Positions 57,583 to 64,000 of a stretch of DNA of 64,000 nt are shown piece by piece (position 1 is the first letter of the stretch; every line of letters starts with the position of its first letter). The stretch is from an uncultured Candidatus Actinomarina sp. Its GTDB lineage: Bacteria > Actinomycetota > Acidimicrobiia > Actinomarinales > Actinomarinaceae. Position numbers and translations under genes: made by a program. The stretch covers positions 7,279 through 71,278 of the forward strand of contig CACHTH010000001.1 in assembly GCA_902582695.1 (NCBI GenBank), read 5' to 3'. The notes under the pieces were generated by a model. The model saw only the letters and a list, made by a program, of their open reading frames with translations. It was not told the DNA's origin and did not search any database.

Positions 57583-58279
57583 GTCTTTAAAACATCTTGC
57601 CATAATCATGGATGGCAATGGAAGGTGGGCATTAAATCAAGATTTACCTCGTACAGCTGGCCATGCTGCAGGTGAGCATTCTCTATCAAAAACTATAGAT
57701 TGGGCCATAGCTAATAAACTAGAATGGTTGACAGTATATGCTTTTTCAACTGAAAACTGGCTCAGGTCTGATGAGGAAGTTGATTTTTTAATGTTTTTCA
57801 ATAGAGACATATTAATTCGAAGACGAGAAGAATTTAATCAAAAAGGGGTCAGATTTAAATTTTTAGGTGATTTGACAGATTCAAAAATACCAGAAGAAAA
57901 TAAAGATTTAATGAAAGAAACTGAAGAAATAACAAAAAATAATAACACTCTCAATCTTGTGTTTGCATTTAATTATGGATCTCATAATGAAATTCACAAT
58001 GCAGTTTTAAATTTACACAATGAAAAGATTAATGAAAATCTTGAATTGAGTGATATAGAAAGTAGTTTCTATAATTTTTTTCAATACCCAGAAGCCCCTT
58101 TCCCTGATGCTTTACTTAGAACTGCAGGTGAGAAAAGAATTAGCAATTTTTTACTATATCAACTTTCATATTCAGAACTTATTTTTATTGATGCTTTGTG
58201 GCCTGATGTAAATGAAGACATATTAGACGATGTCTTACTAGAATTTAACAAAAGGAATAGAACTTATGGAAGAAACTAA
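57569..58279 (+). CDS. uppS: undecaprenyl (cis-prenyl) diphosphate synthase
   Basis: 236 aa with MDGNGRWA, YAFSTENW and RTAGEKRISNFLLYQ. It overlaps ybeY by 14 nt. Confidence 0.93.
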   Translation: MEKDKSLKHLAIIMDGNGRWALNQDLPRTAGHAAGEHSLSKTIDWAIANKLEWLTVYAFSTENWLRSDEEVDFLMFFNRDILIRRREEFNQKGVRFKFLGDLTDSKIPEENKDLMKETEEITKNNNTLNLVFAFNYGSHNEIHNAVLNLHNEKINENLELSDIESSFYNFFQYPEAPFPDALLRTAGEKRISNFLLYQLSYSELIFIDALWPDVNEDILDDVLLEFNKRNRTYGRN

Positions 58280-59561
58280 TAGAGAATTATTTGAAAAAGT
58301 AGTAAAGGTCGCACAAGCAAGAGGATTTATTTTTAATGCGTCTTCTATTTATGGTGGTCTCAGAAGTTCTTATGATTACGGACCTCTTGGAGTCTTACTT
58401 AAAAATAATATATCTAAATATTGGTGGAAAGACATTGATAATGACAACGAAATATCTATTTTTCCTGTTGATACAGCTATTATTCAAAGTTCTGAAGTAT
58501 GGAAAGCTTCAGGTCATTTAGCTGAATTCTCAGATCCTATGGTTGATCATAAACCAACTGGTGAAAGATATAGAGCTGATCAAGTACCAGATGATATAGA
58601 CAAAGAAGATCTTACTGAGCCTCGTCAATTCAATCTTATGTTTGAAACAAGCATTGGTCCGGTTCAAAATGAAAATTCAACTGTTTACTTAAGGCCAGAA
58701 ACAGCACAAGGTATATTTATAAATTTTGAGAATGTTTTGAGAACAATGAGAGCAAAGATTCCTTTTGGAATTGCAAATATTGGAAAATCTTTCAGAAATG
58801 AAATAACACCTGGACAGTTTATTTTTAGGACTAGAGAGTTTGAGCAAATGGAGATTGAATTCTTCTGTAAAGAAGAAGATGAAAATAAATGGTTTGATTA
58901 TTGGGTAAAAAAGAGAATGGATTGGTATAAATCTATTGGAATCCCAGACACCAGCCTTCGACTTAGAGAGCATAGTGATAATGAATTGGCTCATTATGCT
59001 TCAAAAACTGTTGATATTGAGTTTTTGTACCCATGGGGATGGGGAGAGCTTGAGGGAATAGCAAATAGAGGTACCTACGACCTTTCTTCTCATGAAAAAG
59101 CAAGTGGGAAAGATTTGTCTTATTTTGACCCCGAGACCAATGAAAAAATAATACCAACCGTAATAGAGCCTGCGGGTGGATTAACTAGAACATTATTTGC
59201 TTTACTTTGTTCTTGTTATGATGAAGAAGAAGTTAATGATACAACAAGAACACTTTTTAGATTTGATTTTAATATTGCGCCAATACAAATTGGAATATTG
59301 CCATTAAGCAAAAAAGATGAGTTAATTGACGTTTCAAATAAAATCAGAAATATCTTACAAGAAAACTATAGAACTGAAATTGATGTTACTCAATCAATAG
59401 GAAAAAGATACAGACGACAAGACGAAATTGGTACTCCATACTGTATTACTGTAGATTTTGATTCTCTTGATGATAATAGTGTGACAATAAGAAGCAGAGA
59501 CTCAATGGAACAAGAAAGAGTTTTAATCACCGACCTCCCTGGTTTTTTTAGTGATTTGTAA
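58266..59561 (+). CDS. glyQS: glycine--tRNA ligase (dimeric alpha2 type)
   Basis: 431 aa with class II motifs (YLRPETAQG, FRNEITP, FEQMEIEFF) and an anticodon-binding C-terminus. Confidence 0.93.
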   Translation: MEETNRELFEKVVKVAQARGFIFNASSIYGGLRSSYDYGPLGVLLKNNISKYWWKDIDNDNEISIFPVDTAIIQSSEVWKASGHLAEFSDPMVDHKPTGERYRADQVPDDIDKEDLTEPRQFNLMFETSIGPVQNENSTVYLRPETAQGIFINFENVLRTMRAKIPFGIANIGKSFRNEITPGQFIFRTREFEQMEIEFFCKEEDENKWFDYWVKKRMDWYKSIGIPDTSLRLREHSDNELAHYASKTVDIEFLYPWGWGELEGIANRGTYDLSSHEKASGKDLSYFDPETNEKIIPTVIEPAGGLTRTLFALLCSCYDEEEVNDTTRTLFRFDFNIAPIQIGILPLSKKDELIDVSNKIRNILQENYRTEIDVTQSIGKRYRRQDEIGTPYCITVDFDSLDDNSVTIRSRDSMEQERVLITDLPGFFSDL

Positions 59562-61186
59562 TGGGAATAGCTAGGCAATCTATAGAGGATCTTAAGAAAA
59601 GATCAAAAATTAGTGACTTTATTCTTGCCACAACATCAGGTAAATTAAGGGGCACAAAAGGAATGGCATTATGCCCATTTCATGGCGAAAAAACTGCAAG
59701 TATGAGTTTTACAGATATTGAAAACCTCTTTCATTGCTTTGGATGCAAAGAGGGGGGTGACATTTTTAAATATGTACAGGAAATAAATAATTTAGAGTTC
59801 CAAGATGCAATAGAGTTTGTAGCAGAAAAATATGGATTTAAGCTTACTTATACTCAAAATAGTGACAAAAGTGATTTTAAAGTTTATCAAGAAAAAATAG
59901 ATCTAATTAACAACTATTTTTCAGAAACAATGAAATCTGATATATCCAAAGATGCAAAAGCATATTTACATAAAAGAAAGTATGACAACAGAGATATAGA
60001 GAAATATTCAATTTCATTTATCGGTAAAGATGAAGAAAGTTTTAATAAGTTTTGTAAAACAAATGAAATAACTAGAGAGGATCTTCAGAGACTTGGATTC
60101 ATAAGCAGTAATGGAAATATGCTTTTTAAGAACCGAATATTGTTTCCAATATTAAGTTTTAGAAACAATATCATAGCTTTTGGAGGAAGGGCAATAGACG
60201 ATTTTGGTCCTAAGTATTTAAATTCTTCAGATTCAGTACTGTATAAGAAAAATAGAAATCTCTATTTTACTAATGATTTTATAACTGCAACTAAAAAGAA
60301 AGGATATGCATTTATTGTAGAGGGTTATTTTGACGTTCTTTCATTAAACAAGTTAGGTTTTGCAAATGCAGCATCCCCTTCAGGTACAGCATTAACATAT
60401 CAACAATTAGAATCTGTCTCAAAGTACACAAGTAAAATTCTTATTTGTTTTGACAATGATGAAGCTGGTTTAAAAGCAACTGAAAGAGTCTTGGAAATAA
60501 AAAACCAAATTTCAAAACAAGTTGAAATTCACTGCCTAAATCTTCCCACTGAATATAAAGACATATCTGATGTTTTTGAATCAAAACCAGAAATATTTGA
60601 TGATATATTAAAAGATAATGACGAAATAATTGAATATTTAATAAATAAATTTCTAAAAAAAGAGTCAAATAAAAAAAGCGTCTTTAATTATTTTAGAAAA
60701 ATTACTGCTAAATTAAGCCCTTTGGAAGTTGATATAGCTTTAGATTTATTGTCTGCAAAGTTAAATACTGAAAAAGAAATCCTAAAGCGAGAGCTCAACT
60801 TTCAAACAGAGGAAGAGTTTGAACAAATAGGTGAGACACCATTAAATTCTGTTTCAATATTTCAAGATATTGTTACAGCAAATATTGTTCAGAATAATTT
60901 TGAAATATCAGAAAATGAAAAAGAAATTCTGTCCTTAAACAGTGAGTACGCTCAGATAATAAGCACTCTTGAAAATGACAAAAACAAAAGTAAAGAATAT
61001 CACAATATCTCTTTTTTACCAGATCAATATGAAGAGGCCGTTGTTAGGTTATATCTTCATTTTGCAAATTTTAAAATTGAAACTTTAATTAATAGATTTG
61101 AACAACAGGAAAAAAAAGACTTCTCTCTATTACAACAAGTTGAAGACTTAAAAAAGAAAAAAGAAATTTATCAGAATACCATCTGA
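59561..61186 (+). CDS. dnaG: DNA primase
   Basis: 541 aa with a zinc ribbon (CPFHGEKTASMSF...FHCFGCKEGGD) and a TOPRIM domain (VEGYFDVL, CFDNDEAG). Confidence 0.93.
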   Translation: MGIARQSIEDLKKRSKISDFILATTSGKLRGTKGMALCPFHGEKTASMSFTDIENLFHCFGCKEGGDIFKYVQEINNLEFQDAIEFVAEKYGFKLTYTQNSDKSDFKVYQEKIDLINNYFSETMKSDISKDAKAYLHKRKYDNRDIEKYSISFIGKDEESFNKFCKTNEITREDLQRLGFISSNGNMLFKNRILFPILSFRNNIIAFGGRAIDDFGPKYLNSSDSVLYKKNRNLYFTNDFITATKKKGYAFIVEGYFDVLSLNKLGFANAASPSGTALTYQQLESVSKYTSKILICFDNDEAGLKATERVLEIKNQISKQVEIHCLNLPTEYKDISDVFESKPEIFDDILKDNDEIIEYLINKFLKKESNKKSVFNYFRKITAKLSPLEVDIALDLLSAKLNTEKEILKRELNFQTEEEFEQIGETPLNSVSIFQDIVTANIVQNNFEISENEKEILSLNSEYAQIISTLENDKNKSKEYHNISFLPDQYEEAVVRLYLHFANFKIETLINRFEQQEKKDFSLLQQVEDLKKKKEIYQNTI

Positions 61187-61209
61187 TTCCTAGTATTATT
61201 AATTTGCTA

Positions 61210-61282
61210 TCCGAGGTAGCTCAATTGGCAGAGCAGCGGACTGTTAATCCGTTGGTTGTGGGTTCAAGTCCCACCCTCGGAG
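61210..61282 (+). tRNA. tRNA-Asn (anticodon GTT)
   Basis: Acceptor tccgagg/cctcgga, loop ctGTTaa, T arm gtggg-ttcaagt-cccac. Confidence 0.9.
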
Positions 61283-61328
61283 CTATACATTAAATTTTTC
61301 ACTATAATTAGAGTGAATGGAGGAAAAA

Positions 61329-61615
61329 TGGATTATCTTGCAATAGTTAAAGAAAGAGCTGAAGGAAAAGACCTCAGTGTTTTAGGTGGTTCGGTTAAAT
61401 TTGTTGCTGACGATACAATCGTTTTTATAGATGGTGTAAATGGAGAAATTTCATCAGACGATAACGAAGCTACTTGTACAGTTACAACTGATACTGAAAC
61501 TATGCAGGCGATTATGGATGGATCTTCAAGCCCACAAGCTGCTTTCATGACTGGTAAATTAAAAGTTGCTGGTGATATGAGTCTTGCTCTTAAAGTTCAG
61601 TCAATAATTTCATAG
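61329..61615 (+). CDS. SCP2 (sterol carrier protein 2-like) domain protein
   Basis: The sequence contains MDYLAIVKERAEGK...PQAAFMTGKLKVAGDMSLALKV, which matches the SCP2 signature. The ATG at 61329 is preceded by an SD sequence (ggagga). The track's start at 61256 lies inside tRNA-Asn. Confidence 0.8.
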
Positions 61616-61621
61616 TTAATA

Positions 61622-61695
61622 GGGCCTGTAGCTCAGTTGGTTAGAGCAACGGACTCATAATCCGTCGGTCGCAGGTTCGAGTCCTGCCGGGCCCA
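61622..61695 (+). tRNA. tRNA with anticodon CAT, either elongator Met or Ile2 (lysidine); not resolved
   Basis: Acceptor gggcctg/cgggccc, anticodon stem acgga/tccgt, loop ctCATaa. It lacks the initiator hallmarks: position 1:72 is paired and the anticodon stem has no GGG/CCC run. Confidence 0.85.
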
Positions 61696-61696
61696 C

Positions 61697-64000
61697 TTGA
61701 TAGTAAAAAATATAACCAAGAACAAACAACTACTTGTTCTAGGAGCATTTGCTTTTTCATCTCTTTTAATTCCTCCTAACTTTGGTGTCAACTTTTTTGG
61801 AGTTGGATTAGAAGATATCCCATTAGTTGGAATTTTTGTGTTTCTGTTTTTAAATTTTTTATTGAATAAGTATAAGAATTATAATAAGGTTGATTACTTT
61901 TGGGCTGGTACAACAGTATTTTTCTTTATTTATTCCTCATTTTTAAACTCAAGCGGGATAGATTTATTTAACAGAACAAATATTAGATTTGTATTTATTT
62001 CACTACTTGCTTATCTTTTCATGAAGTATCTTGTTGCCAATAAACTTTACAATACTGAAGAGCCTTTTTTCTTTTTTCTAATTGTTGTCGTTCTTGTAAA
62101 TAGTTTGTTTTTATTAGTTCGAGATAGGATTTTTATACAAGATGCAGGTTGGGTTTCGGCGAATATTGATTCAAACAATATATTTCTTTCTGGTAGGTTA
62201 GCTGGACTTCAGGGTAGTGGTCCAAATGTATTCGGCTTTATATGTGTTGTGGCTTCATTATATTTTTTAAATTTATGGTTTATAAATAAAGGAATTTTCA
62301 AATCATTTTCTTTAATAATGTTTTTAATTTCATTAATTTCCTTAGTTTTTTCAAAATCGAGAGGAAGTTATATCGCATTTGTAATTGCTCTAATTTTGCT
62401 TTTATATTTAAAAGAAAAATTAAATATAAAAACTTTTGTAATTTTTTCTTTATTAATTATTGTCTTTTCCTTATTTATATTTTCATTTAATCCTCAAACT
62501 ATTCTTAAGGGTTCCGATAGGTCTGTTTTAAGCGATATTGCAGTAGAGAATATAAACCCATTCATAGGTACCGGCGGTGGAAATTATGTATATAAGACTT
62601 TTGAACAATCTTTTAACATTGTTGAGTTACAACAATTACAGAGTGTTTTCAATTTTGATTTAAATAAGATTAATTCTGATATTTTTCCTTCAGATAGTTC
62701 AGAAAAATACAATTATAGATATGAATACTCAGATGAAGGATTTAACTATTTAAAAAGATATATATTAAGAGATAATTGTGTTGAAGAAAGTAAAATCTGT
62801 CAGACTGAAAAGACAAAGATTATCGACGTATCAAAAGTATTAACTGCATACTTTAACTTAAATGAGCAGTCATTAAGCCAAAGTAAGAATTTATGTTTAA
62901 AAAACGTAAAAGATGATTCAAATCTTACAAGATCTCAATTTGCTTGTATTTTTTATAATCAATTAACCTATTTAGGAACCCAGACTGAATTATCAAAAAA
63001 TGTTTACATTGATGTTGAACCAATTGAATTGCAGTATTTCTCATCACTAGAATCAAACTCTCTTTTGGTCAACTGTAGTTATGACCTTAGTAGTCTTTGT
63101 CCAGACAGGATTATGACTATAGGAGAGTTATCTAAATTTCTAGAATTGGCAATGTATAGAGGTTCAATAACAATTGATGATTTAAATAATTTATGTCCAG
63201 CTTGTAAATATAAAAATTATCATGCATTTTTAAGAATGAAGTTTAAATACAAAGATGGGTTGGTTCCAAGATCAATTGTTGAGTTTTTTATTTCAGAAAA
63301 TGGAACAGAATGGAATCAAATTGGTGAATCTCAAACATATGGTGATTATATTGATTTAGAAGAAAACCCTTCCTTTATTGAAGTTGGTGGATGGGCTGAT
63401 GGACAGTCTTTTGGAAATAACTGGTTAGAAGGAGAAATATCTAAATTGTCTATAACAACTAATCAAGATTTGTTAAAAGTAAATTTTAATAAGAATGAAT
63501 TAAATGACTCTTTTTATCTTTACAAACCTAATACATTGATAAGTTATGAAGATGTTAATGAACTTAAATTTACAGATTTTGGTGTGATTTCATATTCACC
63601 TAACAAGTATTGGATTGCAATTCCACAAAATCTAAATCTTTCAGGTCAAGATTTTATTGTTGACCTTGAAATTTCCCTACCAAGCATACCTAGCAATAAA
63701 CAAGTTTTGGTTTCGTCTTCTTCACTATTCAATTCCGGAAAGCATTCTTGGAAATGGTATATTTATGATTCAAGATTATTTTTTGAATGGGCAGACAATA
63801 CTGGTACATATAGCAATAAAGTGGGTGACCTAAGTTTATCAAGTGGAGTTTTAGCAACAAATATTGATAAAATTGTAGCCCTTCCAGGAAAAATAACCTC
63901 TAACTCTCACTTGAACCAGCTAACTACAGCTCATAACGGTTACTTAACATTTGCTGTTGAGTATGGAGCTTTGCTATCTGTAATTTTTTATAGCTTGATA
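61697..64000 (+). CDS. O-antigen ligase/polymerase-like (Wzy_C family) membrane protein with a large inserted extracytoplasmic domain; 3' end beyond the window
   Basis: I checked this reading frame codon by codon, and it stays open from the TTG at 61697 to the window end (at least 768 codons). It is absent from the ORF track because no stop codon is reached. It has multiple TM helices, the Wzy_C-type motifs FSKSRGSYIAF, IGTGGGNYVY and TAHNGYLTFAVEYG, and about 445 aa inserted between the last two. Confidence 0.7.
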   Translation, partial: MIVKNITKNKQLLVLGAFAFSSLLIPPNFGVNFFGVGLEDIPLVGIFVFLFLNFLLNKYKNYNKVDYFWAGTTVFFFIYSSFLNSSGIDLFNRTNIRFVFISLLAYLFMKYLVANKLYNTEEPFFFFLIVVVLVNSLFLLVRDRIFIQDAGWVSANIDSNNIFLSGRLAGLQGSGPNVFGFICVVASLYFLNLWFINKGIFKSFSLIMFLISLISLVFSKSRGSYIAFVIALILLLYLKEKLNIKTFVIFSLLIIVFSLFIFSFNPQTILKGSDRSVLSDIAVENINPFIGTGGGNYVYKTFEQSFNIVELQQLQSVFNFDLNKINSDIFPSDSSEKYNYRYEYSDEGFNYLKRYILRDNCVEESKICQTEKTKIIDVSKVLTAYFNLNEQSLSQSKNLCLKNVKDDSNLTRSQFACIFYNQLTYLGTQTELSKNVYIDVEPIELQYFSSLESNSLLVNCSYDLSSLCPDRIMTIGELSKFLELAMYRGSITIDDLNNLCPACKYKNYHAFLRMKFKYKDGLVPRSIVEFFISENGTEWNQIGESQTYGDYIDLEENPSFIEVGGWADGQSFGNNWLEGEISKLSITTNQDLLKVNFNKNELNDSFYLYKPNTLISYEDVNELKFTDFGVISYSPNKYWIAIPQNLNLSGQDFIVDLEISLPSIPSNKQVLVSSSSLFNSGKHSWKWYIYDSRLFFEWADNTGTYSNKVGDLSLSSGVLATNIDKIVALPGKITSNSHLNQLTTAHNGYLTFAVEYGALLSVIFYSLI

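Noticed and set aside
61256-61328. The track's start (61256) for the SCP2-domain ORF.
   Set aside because: That start lies inside tRNA-Asn (61210-61282). An ATG at 61329, preceded by GGAGGA, yields a typical SCP2 protein, so I trimmed the CDS.
1-64000. A search by eye for CRISPR arrays, long direct or inverted repeats, rRNA, tmRNA/RNase P/SRP RNA, riboswitches, transposases, integrases and toxin-antitoxin pairs.
   Set aside because: I found none. The longest non-coding gaps (4003-4173 and 6484-6718) are mostly filled by candidate small ORFs, and all other gaps are under 100 nt. An eye scan cannot exclude short dispersed repeats or small RNAs embedded in coding regions. A computational repeat scan and Infernal/Rfam search would be decisive.

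Overview
This is an AT-rich, very gene-dense chromosomal core segment. There is almost no intergenic DNA, and many neighbouring genes overlap by 1-20 nt. The gene order matches the conserved Actinobacteria backbone: PDZ-Lon/UPF0182; tRNA array-tig-clpP-clpX-valS-folC-ndk-mreBCD-pbp2-rodA-rne-rplU-rpmA-obg-proB-proA-nadD-rsfS; holA-like/rpsT/lepA-rsmE-HIT-phoH-ybeY-uppS-glyQS-dnaG. From this I infer a genome-streamlined, low-GC actinobacterium, but that is inference, not a search result. I annotate 61 protein-coding genes and 10 tRNAs. Two of the genes are small ORFs below the ORF-track cutoff, and one is a long open-ended ORF that the track misses. By eye I found no rRNA, CRISPR array, transposase, integrase or recognisable defence island, so most of the window is ordinary housekeeping sequence. 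The points most worth a second look are these. (1) A leader ORF with five consecutive Ile codons (MKKIIIII) is followed by the only clear intrinsic terminator in the window, and the terminator ends 5 nt before citramalate synthase. This is a candidate isoleucine-sensing attenuator. (2) An O-antigen-ligase-like membrane protein begins 2 nt after a tRNA, runs off the window end, and carries an insertion of about 445 aa (Cys-rich repeats plus lectin-like region) inside its conserved extracytoplasmic loop. (3) A 489-aa protein looks like a tandem duplication of a Cas4-type Fe-S PD-(D/E)XK nuclease. (4) A bacterial translin/TRAX-family protein. (5) An orphan CoxD-like AAA+ / CoxE-like VWA pair and a minimal K+ channel are inserted into the proA-nadD-rsfS block. 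(6) tRNA genes are embedded in operons, with protein starts 2-21 nt downstream of them. All family assignments come from motif recognition and recall, not from database searches.
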